From Camelus ferus (lineage: Eukaryota), in NCBI RefSeq assembly GCF_009834535.1, contig NC_045697.1, positions 116,438,001 through 116,502,000 of the forward strand: a stretch of 64,000 nucleotides of DNA. The letters run 5' to 3'. Below, in pieces: positions 1-11,850 of this stretch (positions are counted from its first letter, which is position 1; each line of letters opens with the position of its first letter). Both the position numbers and the translations under genes were made by a program. Below the pieces are notes generated by a model. That model was not told where the DNA came from, ran no database searches, and saw only the letters and a list, made by a program, of their open reading frames with translations.

Positions 1-604
1 AGTAACGAAGGTTCCCACACGTGTTAAGCTCGCCAGAGTGCGGCAGACGCGCGACAGCTTTAGCTGGGAGGCTGGGCCATCTCAGAACAGACGCAGCCCA
101 GAGACACCTCGAGGTGATTACATCTGTCAAGAAGCTGGAAAGTACATTTCAACTACTTAAATGCTAGCGGGTGAGAGAGAGATGAGGGAGTGTGTGGGGG
201 GGTCATCCATGCTCTTATTAGAGTGATTTTGAAGACATTCTGTGCAAGAAAGGGTGCGGGTAAAGAAATGGACCAGAGACACCACGGCCAAGAGAAACGG
301 TTCACAGCAGCAGAAGAGGTGGAGGAAAATCACAGAATGTTGTCCTCTTAGAAACACGAAGGGCTCGTTTTAGATCACAATTAGCTCACGCTGGGCTGTT
401 AGCAGAGCCGTGGGTGAGAGAGGTTCACTGGTGGAATTTTCAAAACACCAGGAACTTGGCAACGTTTGGAACGGACATCTCAAGAGCCCCTTGGGTTTCT
501 CGAGAGGCACCAAATAGGATTTTGTTTTCTAAGAACCTGCCCAGGATGTATTGCTGTGCGGTGGGGGTGGGGGGGTCCCCCTGGGCTCAGCATTCCACAC
601 AAAC

Positions 605-694
605 CTGCAAAGAAAGAGGCGCTGCGGGTGAGCCGGAGAGGTCCTCCTTCAGCGCCCCCCTGCAGCTGTCTGCTGCCCCAGGACTGCAGTGGCC
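605..694 (-). CDS. FNIP2: FNIP2 symmetric 90-nt cassette-type exon (GPLQSWGSRQLQGGAEGGPLRLTRSASFFA)
   Basis: Acceptor ctccag|, donor CAG|gtttgt; phase 1-1. GPLRLTRSASFFA is paralogous to FNIP1 GPLRLIRSASFFA. Confidence 0.85.
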
Positions 695-728
695 CTGGAG
701 GTGGAGACACACGGGAGGGCGGACACAG

Positions 729-742
729 CACACACACACACA
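729..742. repeat. (CA)7, a UG repeat on the FNIP2 transcript
   Basis: Read directly; 35-48 nt upstream of the cassette exon acceptor. Confidence 0.9.
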
Positions 743-875
743 GAGAAACACGGATTAAAGATGGGGCAAAATAAATACACAGAGAACAACACCACCACAG
801 ACACTCAGAAAGCGAATGCACGCCCACGAGAGTGGTTCCCAGAAAGAAAGAGCCCAGCCACACGGCGGATTTTAC

Positions 876-976
876 CTAGGTTGCTTCCGGGACGACAGGG
901 ACCCAGATTGTTCTGATTTGTGTTCAGTTTCCCCAAGTTGGGATCTTGGTTGATGTATTCAAAGCTGTCTTGCAAG
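876..976 (-). CDS. FNIP2: FNIP2 exon 6 ([33 protein letters not shown])
   Basis: Acceptor tttag|, donor TAG|gtaaaa; 101 nt; [11 protein letters not shown] matches FNIP2. Confidence 0.96.
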
Positions 977-2552
977 CTAAATCCAGAGAGGGACGGAAGG
1001 TCAAGGGGAGAAGAACACGAGGACTGTCAGATACAGACATCCTATCTGCTGGTCAGACTTTCCTCAGTAAGTTAATAAAGTCTCACATCTGCCAAAGGGG
1101 ATTAAGCTTTGGGGGAATTTGTTGGAGGAAAAGACAAGACAGGTTCTTCGGAGGTGGTTCAACCTGGAAAACTAAACGACACGTTCCAGACAATTCCACG
1201 TCATCTGATGGGGGACAGCAAACTCTACAAGCCTTGCTTTAGTGACTGACACCTAGGACACTGCCTCTCATTTCAAGGGCAAGTCTACATAAACTCTCAA
1301 AATGCGATCCATTTTAACTCCTTGTTAACATCTCTGAGCAATTCAGCCACTTTTTTTCAGAAGGAGGATATAACAGAAATTTTGCTCCCTATCGGAGTTT
1401 GGTTTCACAACTTCTAAAAAGTTAGAATGACTCATAAACACACGCATGAGAGAAGCAGATTTTAATAATTCATTGTAGTTCAGAACAGATAAAGATTTCG
1501 AGGATAATAGAGCATAATGAGGCCAAAATCATTTTTACTTAAACCTGAGCTCGGTATTTTATCAGAGGGAGTTAGTGTAATAAATGTTCAGGTTATATCA
1601 AGGGTCGAAAAAGAATATCTCACAAGAAATAAACATCAATGCATAACCTGGCTTAAGTCAGGACAATCCAACGTTAAATGCTCAAACAAGTAAATTCGTT
1701 ATTTTGTTGAAGAGTAAGCTGACTTACTGAATGGTACCCAGATATTTGCAGAGGAATATACTTTTAATTTCCCAGGATTGTAAAAAATAACAGCCTTCAT
1801 CTGACCCCTGAGAACACCCCTTTAATTTATAACAAACATTTCTTTCAACCTGACCCAAGTTAACCGATGTTCTAAGAAGTATATGAAATATTTCTGCTTG
1901 AAAAATTGAAAATATATGAACACACGTCCCAGAGTAAGAGTTAGGTCAGACATTCATGCATTCTTAGTCTGCACAGAAGAGTAACATTAAGACTGGAGGG
2001 GAAGCTCGGGAGTGACCATCGGAATACTGCCTGGCCAAGTCCCAGCCGACCCCGGAGTCTGCGTGATGACTCAGATGGACACAAGAACAGCAACCCTCCT
2101 GCCGTCCTGGTGCCTCTAGGCCTGAGGGTCTCACCCTGTGCCTCGTTCCTTTAGAAAGGAATCGGTGAACAGACTAACAGACAAGGCTTCTTTTAAAGAC
2201 AAAGTGGTATCAGGAGCGCCCATGAACTCCTCGCTGCGGTCCCTTCTCTTCCCCCTTCACTTTTCATTCTCCAGGGAACGAGCACTTGGTGACGGGCAGG
2301 AGGAACATGGCAGGTAGCAGATGGGGACCCCAGTACCCCCATCTAGACAGTAGCTTGTCTTTACGGCCACCTGGTAAGGTCCAAGGCCTTTTCATAGGAG
2401 CTCACTGTGTCTTGGACACATGGCTGCTTTAAAACCCCTCGGGGAATGGGGACGCACCCTGCTTCCCATCTCAGAAACCCTCAGGGCCTCAAAGAACTGC
2501 CCTCCCCAGAAAGAGCCACCTAGGAAGACGGGGGGCGAGGCCCCCCACTCAC

Positions 2553-2624
2553 TTGTTTGTACTCCCGCAGAAGCTGCCCATTCTAGCGGAGAACACTTTA
2601 CTGATCATCAGCTGTGGAGGGGAT
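2553..2624 (-). CDS. FNIP2: FNIP2 exon 5 ([24 protein letters not shown])
   Basis: Acceptor ctccag|, donor AA|gtgagt; 72 nt; follows a 105-nt intron. Confidence 0.97.
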
Positions 2625-2729
2625 CTGGAGGGAAAGACAGAAACAGAAGGAGAGGGAGCAGTGCATTTCTGAGCGGAGGAGCCCGCCCCAGCACCCCTCG
2701 TCCAGCACGCAGAGGCAGACCAAACTCAC

Positions 2730-2830
2730 CGTATGTAGTGTATCTTTAAGGTGGGGCCTTGGTAGCTCATGGCGACCGAGCCGAACATCATCTCCCCCAG
2801 CATGCTGACGTCAGACGCCGGCCGGGTGTA
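2730..2830 (-). CDS. FNIP2: FNIP2 exon 4 ([34 protein letters not shown])
   Basis: Acceptor cccag|, donor CG|gtgagt; 101 nt. Contains the FNIP signature [13 protein letters not shown]. Confidence 0.97.
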
Positions 2831-3701
2831 CTGGGCGCCAGGGAAGAAACCCAGAGTCACGTCACAGGCAGTGAACGCAGAGGAGGGCGACCTCCAGAGC
2901 GGCTGGCAGGAGAGATGCTGCTCGGGGCAGCCCCGCTCATCTCAGTGTCTCAGGCCCGGGGGCGACTGCCTGCTCCCCCCAGGTATCACTAACCATCACG
3001 GTTTCTTCTTTACACACACCCTCTCCGTGCAGGACCCAAGTGTTTAATCTGAGCTCATTTTTACCTTGCTCTGAGAAACAAACATTTTCATTATCCCCGC
3101 TTACAAACGCTAAACAGAAAGATGGAAAGACGGAAGAAGACAGGGGAGCGCTTCTCGTGGAGCTAAGAACACGGCCTGGAGAGAAGCACGGTCTGGATGA
3201 CTCAACCAAATGAGCAACAGTGTTGAACAAAGATGCCAGGTGGGGCCGGCAGGGTTTGTGGGTCCCAAGGATCACGGACGGTCTCGTGACCTTAACATTT
3301 CACAAAAATATTTTTAAAATATTTGACCCCCTAACTCCTGAGTAGTCCTTTGTGCCCCTTTTGTCATTGGGGGTGGGGGGGACGGTGCTGCCCACCCCCC
3401 CACCCCCTCCCCAGTGTTCAGACTGCTCTGGTGGTGCCTCCGTCCTCCCAGCTGGCTTTCTTAACCATCTCTCCTGTATCCAGTGGACTTAATGCTCTTT
3501 TTCAATCACTCGGATACAGGATCCTCAGCTCCTACTCTAAGAGCTGGTGACACACCAATGAAGAGGACAGGTGTGCGTGTGCACCCCGCACAGCTGGGCC
3601 AAAACCAGTGGCCGCCTCCTGCTGCTCCTCCTTCTGCTCTAGCAAAACCACGCCAATCGCTCTTGAATTAACATGCTCTTCTTTTTTTTAAACCTCAAAT
3701 G

Positions 3702-3754
3702 CACACACACACACACATGTATTCACACGAACACACACACACACACACATACAC
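3702..3754. repeat. Interrupted (CA)n microsatellite
   Basis: Read directly. Confidence 0.9.
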
Positions 3755-4321
3755 GCCCCCTTATACATGTTTGCAGAGGAGGAAAGAGAAACACAAATCT
3801 CTCAGCCTTATCTAACAGGGCTCCTCTCTGGTTACAGCGCACACCGACCTCTTCTCACTCCCCGCAGACAGCAACCAACAGGCTTTCACATTCTTTACTC
3901 ATGACTTGCGCCCAGCACCTCCACTTCGTAACCTGCTTTTTCTTGGGGTACCAGGTCCACACGCCAACTGTGATTCCCCATGAGCTGAAAGTCTCACCCT
4001 GTACTGGTTTAACCACATAACTGCTTTGAGACCAGGAGCCCGGCAGGGCGAGGGCTGACGCGCAGCGCAAGTCCTGAGACCGTGAAATTGACAGAGCGCT
4101 GTAGACCTGTGGCCCCTGGTGACTTCCCTGGCTTTGCTGGTCCAGCTACACAACATAGTAGGCAAAACTCTACATGGCTCCTCCCCACCCCCCAAAAAAC
4201 CCTGATATATCCTGGCTCAAGCAGCATCCTTCTGCCAGTCAGCACTGATGAAACACTTCCTCCCTTAGACCTAGTCAGTCAGTATTCCTCGGGAACCCTA
4301 ATTCCTGTCCTCTGCTGGCTT

Positions 4322-4360
4322 ACACGCACACACACGCGCGCGCGCACACACACACACACA
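4322..4360. repeat. (CA)n(CG)n(CA)n alternating purine-pyrimidine tract
   Basis: acacgcacacacacgcgcgcgcgcacacacacacacaca. Confidence 0.9.
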
Positions 4361-4805
4361 GCATGAAAAATGCCACCAGCCCTCTCTCCTTCACACTCAA
4401 GGTAGGTCTGGCCTCTCCGTCTGCTCCTACACAAGGTTCCCTTCCTTTTAGCGGGAAGCGCTATTTTCTTAGGATACACATCCCAGAATCCTTAGAGTTC
4501 GTGTAACAAAACTGGAAAATGCACATGTGTTAATTTGGTTCTGACTGCAAAGGAAGCAAAACAGGAGGGTTCACCCTAGCTGCAATATTTCTTCCTCATT
4601 CGCGCTGCGTTGTTCCCGATCACCGCTGCCCGTGCGCAGTAGCTTCTACCGAGAGGGAAAAGCCAACGTGTGGACCCAGCACTGGCGTTTGAACACTTAA
4701 TCTCTTATTCCTGGAGCTGAACTGCCAAGCAGCCATCATCCCCGAGGAGAGCTGGCAGTACCTGAACTCGGCCCCAGGGCACTCCGGGCAGGAGGGGTGT
4801 GTTAC

Positions 4806-4934
4806 CTGGTACTTTGGGAGCTGCTCCTTGGCCGGCTGCGCGGACGCCCAGGGGGCACCGTGGGCAGAGAGGCTGCTGCCCCCGCCTCGCTGGCAGCACT
4901 TGGCCGACGCCTTCACCGGCACATCCTCCGCTCT
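4806..4934 (-). CDS. FNIP2: FNIP2 exon 3 (RAEDVPVKASAKCCQRGGGSSLSAHGAPWASAQPAKEQLPKYQ)
   Basis: Acceptor ttccag|, donor CAG|gtaaca; 129 nt, phase 0-0. SAKCCQ and AKEQLPKYQ match FNIP2. Confidence 0.95.
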
Positions 4935-5770
4935 CTGGAAGAGGGAGGGCAGGGTCAGCCACGCTAAGAATACTGGTTCCGACACACGCATTACTGGGGG
5001 TTCCCTCATTACAACCTCCTGTCCTGTGGTGCCTGTGCTGTGCAGAAAACCAGAGTTTGGGTTTTTTCCTTTCTAACAAGGACAAAAACATGGTTCCTGA
5101 GAGTCTGAAACACTTGGAAGAGGCGAGCACTCAGGAAGGGGGACAGACAGAAGGTGGCGGGTTATGTATGCAGACTATTGTCTTCAAGTAACTCAAATAT
5201 CTTCTGTTTCGATTCATATTTTAAAATCATCCATGAGGTCTGCCCTCTGTGCTTGTCTTAGAGATTTTGCCACGTCGAGTCGTCATCTACAAAACCGACG
5301 CGGGCAGAGCCCTTGCTTCAGAAGCAAACTTCTACCAAGCAGATGGAACTGAGAAAGCCCCCTATTAACCTGGAAAGACAGGCCCGTGTTTGGGACACAG
5401 CTCCCGCAGCAGTAAAGGCGCAGGAAAGAAAGTCACAAGGTCGACTTGGGAAAGACGAAGCCAGAACTCTGCAGCAGGGGCCCCTGGATGCCCCAGCGTG
5501 TGCCGGCCACCTGGCCTTCAAAGGTCAGGGGTTGGAGGGACTGGCTATTCCACGCTCCCCACACGGGCTCACTGCTGACTTTTGTGACAGGGACACAAAG
5601 GTATAAAGGCGCACCTTTGCTAACGTCCCCGCTTCTCCCACACCAGAATGGAGTCCTCCCCCCAGGAGCACCCTCGCCCTCTAGGGTAAGTTGCTTCTAC
5701 TCTGATTTGCTTTTTCTTCACGCAGCTTTTGCTCAGAAAAACATGAATGCAACCGCAGCTTATCTAATCT

Positions 5771-5896
5771 TCACGTGACAGTCACACGGGTGGTCGGATG
5801 CAAATGCCTGCAGTCATGTGCTTGCCAAGGGGTAGGGGTTGAACATGGGCAAAGCACGTGAGGAAGTGCCTCCACAGCTGTCCCTGAACACGTGAC
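5771..5896. promoter_or_regulatory. Cluster of MiT/TFE-type E-boxes in FNIP2 intron 2
   Basis: TCACGTGAC at 5771, AGTCATGTGCT at 5812, CACGTGA at 5855, CACGTGAC at 5889. Confidence 0.55.
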
Positions 5897-6911
5897 ACAC
5901 CCTCCTCACCCCCTGCAGATCCGCCTGCCTCTTAGCACCACTTAAGCCAGGAGCACAGCCCGCAGGGGCCTGGTGGGGCAGGCAGTCCACACCCGCCCCA
6001 GGCTACCAGGCTCCCAGCTGGGGACAACCTGCCAAGAGGTCCACGATCGGCAACCGCCCCTGGACAGTGAGCAGAGCCGAGACCGGATGCCTTCTGCAGC
6101 CCTGGGCAAGTCACAAACCTCCCCGGACCCAGCTGTCTTTTCAATTCCTGAGAGCTTCCAAGGAAGCTTCAGTTCCAGACTCCAGGGTCATCGCTGCTCC
6201 AACAGAGTGAAGGTTCTGGTTCCCTCTGGAAACCGGTGAGAACTGTTTTCCCTCCACCTGTGCGTGGTCAACCACTGGGCAGGGCCTTCGGGGAAACAGG
6301 CAGTGCTGTGGGAAACCACATCCTGCTCACCAAACTGACGGGCAAGTCCTGGCTCACCTCAGCTTTGAGACCAACCTGCCAGGAGGGCCTCTGGGTGAAT
6401 CACCTACGAGGTTTCTCATGCCTCCCCACCTCACCTAACAAGCCCGGCGACTACGGGAGTGATCAGCTACCTGGCTGGGCACCCACGCTAAAGCCCGCCG
6501 AGCCTGCCCAGGTGGCTGCCTCTAAGCAGACACTTCCTGCAGAAACGGTGCTTATCAGAGGCAGGAGAAGATCTCCGCTCCGATGAGACGGAGACCGTGA
6601 TGCAGACCATTCCCTCCCTCAGCCGCATATTCTCCCACTGCCGGGGTTCCATCAACACAGCAGCAGGTGACTGAATGTGAACACAATGCACACAAGGGGC
6701 TTTTTTTTACTTTGGAGACTTCTGAACAACTGTTAGAAAGGCCACAACTAAGAAGTACTCTGGAGGATGTCCCTGAGACTCACAGGGAGGACCAGACTCT
6801 GCTCCTACCTGGACATGTCACTCCACTTTTTCTGTTCTGGCTCCAAGGGATCAAGAGCTGCTCTGTCCTCACTTTACCCAGCTCCAGACCCCCCACACCC
6901 ACACCGCGCTC

Positions 6912-7147
6912 ACCACCACCTCCACCACCATCACACCACAACCACCTCCACCGTCATCATCATCACCTCCACCACCTCCACCTCCACCATCATCATCATC
7001 ACCTCCACCACCTCCACCTCCACCACCATCCCCTCCACCACCATCACCACCACCTCCACCACCACCATCCCCTCCACCATCATCACCACCACGTCCACCA
7101 CCACCTCCAACACCACCACCACCACCTCCACCAGCTCCACCACCAGC
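6912..7147. repeat. Degenerate (CAC/CAT/CTC)n trinucleotide microsatellite
   Basis: About 235 nt of ccacca/ccatca/cctcca units; produces the spurious poly-His/Thr/Val ORFs. Confidence 0.95.
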
Positions 7148-7694
7148 CCTCTACTAAAAAGAGAAAATAAATAAAAGCTTCCTTGGTCAGACAGGCTGGA
7201 GGCACACTCCCTTTCGAAGATGACAGTGCATGTTGGCACACTGAAGCCCTGTAGCGAGGAGAGCTGTTTACTTGTTTAATCCAGTGCTGTATAACACCTC
7301 TTACTATCTATGAGAAATGCCAGACAGGATGACCTGTACCTTCCCTTCAGGCTAACACTTCATGAATTTTACAGTCCTCACTTTTCCCGTTACACACGGC
7401 ACGTATTTGGCGCCAAAATCCTATTGGACTGTGACTCGCCGGCAAATTCACTTCTAGCAATACCTACTTACACTGCTTACATCTGTCACCATCACTTGCT
7501 CAGTCTCGGCTGTGTGTATTAGTGAGAACACAAACGTGGTGGGCGGGGTGGTGGCTCCACCTGGGTTTCTTCTGAACCATTAATGGTGCTGCACGATACA
7601 GCCCAAAGAGAGGACGATGGATTAACACATGGCTGCTCAGCAAGGGCGCTCACAGCATGAACAAAAACGATGAAAGCAAACCCACATTTCATAC

Positions 7695-7821
7695 CTGAGC
7701 TGCTGCCTCTTCAATCTTTTGAACAGCTTTGGAATCGAACAAGACTTGCCTGCCCCTCCTTTCGCAGTCCTGGTAAACGATCAGGCGAATCTCATTCAGG
7801 TCGAACTCAGAACAGGACCAG
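7695..7821 (-). CDS. FNIP2: FNIP2 exon 2 ([43 protein letters not shown])
   Basis: Acceptor ccatag|, donor CAG|gtatga; 127 nt. Contains the FNIP-family [14 protein letters not shown] motif (N-terminal longin/uDENN). Not shown in the ORF track. Confidence 0.97.
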
Positions 7822-10130
7822 CTATGGATTAACAAGAAGAGAAAGAGGTCATGTCAGCTGCAACACCTGGCAGGACCATGGAGAGAGAAAGGGAGGAAGT
7901 CTCCCGGCCGGGATGCCCGGGTGCCGGGAAAGCCACCGTGCACAGCGGGCACCATCCCTTCCAACTGGGGGCACACGGTCCCGGGTGTAGACCCCGAAGG
8001 ACCATCCAAATGCTCCCAGTGCCCATGACACAGGCTGGGAAGACTGCTCAAACAGCACATCCCTGGAGAGAAAGCGTCTCCTTCCAAAGCAACTCTGGGC
8101 AAAGACGGCGGGCAGGAGGGCAGAGGCGTGTGGAGAGCTGAATCTTGGGGGCCTGGGTTCCAAGAGAGGCCCACCCAAGGTCTGGAGTGCCCATGCCTCT
8201 GCACAGTGGCAGGGAATCTGGAGCCCGCCAGGACGGCCCACAGTCCTCCACTCCCAGCCACCTAGGCTCAGGCCAAACTGCGAGCAATTACATATCCTGA
8301 AACTTAGCAGGTCCTGCCAGCGTGGCTCTGACACAGGAGTTCTGTGCACATCTGCACCGCACACCATAACTATCAGCACTAAAGGAGGCACAGCTTGCTC
8401 CTGAGCAAACCAAAAGCCACCAGGACAAAGCTGCTCCCCACTCAGCTTCGTGCCAGAGTGGTAAGTGAAATCAGAACGTGACAGCTGAGACAGCCAGTCA
8501 TCTGAAGCGCACTGCTCTGGGCATCCTCGGTCACTAGCCTGCCGACCCGCCCGGCACAGATCTGAGAGCCGGTGATGTCCCGGTCACCGCGCTGGACGCT
8601 GGAAGTCTGGTCCCTGCCCTCAGGAGGACATGCTCTAGTGGGGACACTGGGCTAAGCACCAAGAATCCATGAATAACTACAGACTGTCCTAAGTGCAAAA
8701 AAGACAGGATGTAATGAGACTCTCACGTTTTCAGACTGCAGGGGTGGGAGAGGGGCAGGGAGGTCCCTAAGGATTTAAGGACATGGTGTTTCCCACAGAC
8801 TTGAAGAAGCAGAGGTTAAGGAGTGTGAGAATGAAGAACACAACGGGAAGAGGGAGGGTCAGGGTAAGAGAAGGACAGGCCCAGAAGAGAAAGTAAAAAT
8901 GGTGGAGAGAGGGAGTGGGCTGGAGGGGCAGGCGGACGGGCACCCCGGAGGGCAAAGAGAAGCCAAGGTCAACAGGTGGGTAAACTTGGGTCTACACTTT
9001 AAAAAAAATTCAATCTGCTGCTCTGAGGAAGACAGGGCTGGATAGATTAAGACCAGAAGCAGGAAGGACAAACAGAATTTATTCCGAGTCAGGCCCTTTA
9101 ATTGAAGGCCAGAGTGACAGGCACAGGGGGGGAGGAAGGGGCAGGTGTGCCTGGGGGCGGAGCTGACTGGGTCAGTGTGGGCCCCACAGGTGGCCCCAAG
9201 ACAAAGGGTCCTGAGTGCTGAGAACAGTGGAAGAGGAGGGACGACAGATGGACAGTTAGATGACAGACAGACAGGCAGACAGACAAAGGCACACTTTAAA
9301 GTAAGAGACAGCTTAACAGAGTGAAGTCAGAGACGTGGATTCAAACCCCAGTTCTCCCAGATTCCATTTCTTCACCAGCACAATGAGGGTCGTAACCCCC
9401 ACTTCACAAAGCTGCTGGAGGAATTACGTGAAATACATAAAACAGGGCTTCACACAGGTAAGGGCTCCAAAATGGTAATTCCTTAAAGTTTTTAGAATTG
9501 TTACTATTACCATTTAAAAAAAAAAAAAAACTGGTCCCCAATCTCAAACTACGCGTCGTTGGTCCTTCCCTTTTTCAGGCATTTTCAGGCGGTGGTGGTC
9601 ACCACTGAATACGCTCTTTTATGGGAGCAGATTTGTTTTCTCAAATCCTAGCACCAGAAAACACACAGTGCTGGCTGCACTGTCTTCGCGCAACCTGTAC
9701 GCCGAGCCGCCCTGCCCAGCACCCCTGCCTCCCAGTCTGGACACGACGCTGTGAGTTTGTTTCAGAAGCTGTTTTCCTCTTTCTCTCAGTCCAGACCGCC
9801 TGTGTTCCAGGCCAGGCTGCTCCGCACGGCCCCACCCTGGCTGCGTGAATCTAAGGGTTGCCCTGAGCTTCTGGGGCCCGTTTCGGCCATCGTGGGTTGA
9901 GAGCCCGCCTGAGAATGGGGTCGTGGGGAGGGACACAGAGGTGAGGGGGCAGCCAGCTGTTCCCGGGAGCAGGGTTCCCACAGCGAGCTTCCCGTCACTT
10001 CCAACCAAACAAGCCCTGACGACTGTGCCCCAAACCCCGACACTTTAGAACTACACCAGGTCATTAAAACACCCTCCGCAACAATGAAAACTGGGCTCAC
10101 AGGCTGAAGCCACGAAAAGTGAAAAAACCT

Positions 10131-10240
10131 GGGGATGGACAGGTGCAGCTCAGGGGTAGAGCACGTGCTCGGCATGCACGAGGTCCTGGGTTCAACCCCC
10201 AGGACACCCATTTTAAAAAGAAAGAAAGAAAAAGAGAAAA
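10131..10240 (+). mobile_element. tRNA-derived SINE (Vic-1-like)
   Basis: A-box-like gcagctcaggggtagag, B-box ggttcaaccccc, A-rich tail. Confidence 0.85.
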
Positions 10241-10984
10241 ACATCAACAAAGATTTCATTGCTCTCTGTTTTCTTGTTGCCCAACAATTACATTTTGCCA
10301 AAACAGCACTATAATTTACAAAGCAAGCTGCTCAGTCCTTATTTTTGAGGGGTGACCCTGACTCGGCTATTAATCGAACCGAGGCTAGCCTGTCTGGAAG
10401 AGCTAACATTTAATAACGACATCTTATTAAATGTTTCATGTTATTTTCCAACTTAAAAAGGTGAAAATAAAAGATATCAGAAGGGGAAAGGATGGATGTC
10501 AGACTGTCCACTTTGTGATCAAAATACCTTCCAAAGTAGTTTCTAAAATGTAAGGAAAACTCTGTTCTTCTTGCATGTGAATCTGAACACCCAGCTGTAA
10601 TTCTGACACTCCCCACGACTGGTAGGGGGATTACAGGCGAGCACCTTGGGATGAAAACACAGGAGATTAAACCAGTGTTCTGGGAGGGGCGGGCCTGGGA
10701 GCGCACTCAGCTCCGTCCCCCATAGGCTCCATCCCTGGGCCCACCGGGAAGGTCATGGGAGATACCTGTGCGTGTCTCCCGTTCTCTGCCAGCTCTTTCC
10801 CCACGTCCCTGAGTTACCTGCAGCCACGGGCACGCACGCGCCCTTCACATTCACCTTCCCTTCAACACCCAAGCACTGGTCACCCTCGAGCTTCCCTGAG
10901 CACCTACCACGGCTCCTTTCTGCCTGACTCGGAGAGGGCGAAAAGCTAGCCCAGGGCTTTTGCCTTAAAATATATGGGTAGTAT

Positions 10985-11095
10985 TTTTTTTTCTTAATTG
11001 AAGTACAGGCAGTTACAATGTGTCCATTTCTGGTGTACAGCACAGTGTCCCAGTCATGCATATGCATACGTATATTCATTTTCATATTCTTTCTG
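10985..11095 (-). mobile_element. Short L1 3'-end fragment
   Basis: Poly-T followed by aattgaagtac...tttctggtgtacagcacagt, the reverse complement of the L1 tail seen elsewhere in the window. Confidence 0.8.
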
Positions 11096-11509
11096 GCTAG
11101 TATTTTAAAGACATTGATTCTAATCAGAAACACCACATTTCTCTGCTTTTGTTGAAAGCAAAGTAAGACCGTTGTCTCTGGCACGGGGGGACACTGTATT
11201 TGTCAACTTTATGGTTACAGCTGTATGACCTGAGGCACAAGAAAATAAGGTGACTGGTCTACCTTTTCCTACTGCAAAATTTAAATGAAAGGACTTACAT
11301 GGACCCTACCCAGTCTGAAAATTCCATGATGCTAAGATTTGCCTGGTCGGAGGTAAAACCAGGTCTTACTTCTAGAACTACTCATTAAGAGTGGGAAGCG
11401 AGTGGCCAAAGTCTCAGTTAAGTATCTGAAAGGTGATAAGCAACGGTTCAGACGATTCTAAGCACAGAAAACATACTGTCTCTAAAATAGATACAATAGA
11501 TACAATCAT

Positions 11510-11850
11510 GTGTCGTGGTTGAAGTGTGCTCCCCCAGAAGATATAATCAGTTCCTAATTCCTGGCACCTCTGAATATGACCTTGGTTGGAAACGGGGTCT
11601 CTGCAAGTGTGATCTGAGACCACACCAGGTTAGGACGGGTCCTAATCCAGTGAATGGTGTATACACAGGAGGAGGGAAACCTGTCACAGACCCAGAGGGG
11701 AGATGGCCATGTGATGACGGGGACGGAGCCTGGGGACGTGCCTCTACAAGCCCAGGAGAACCCAGGGACACTGGCACTCGGGGGACACGACAGGGAAGCA
11801 ATGTGTGAGTCCCTCCTCTCAAGGAGCTGGAAGAGACAACCTGAAAACAA
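11510..11850 (+). mobile_element. MLT1-type (ERVL-MaLR) LTR fragment
   Basis: tgtcgtggttgaagtgtgctccccc...gaatatgaccttggttggaaacggggtctctgca...ctacaagcccagga resembles the recalled MLT1B/C consensus. Confidence 0.75.

Noticed and set aside
1..604. Next FNIP2 exon (AHSTPVDMP...)
   Set aside because: Not found here; it presumably lies beyond the window edge.
6667..7239. Poly-His, poly-Thr and poly-Val ORFs
   Set aside because: Translations of a trinucleotide microsatellite, with no splice or domain support.
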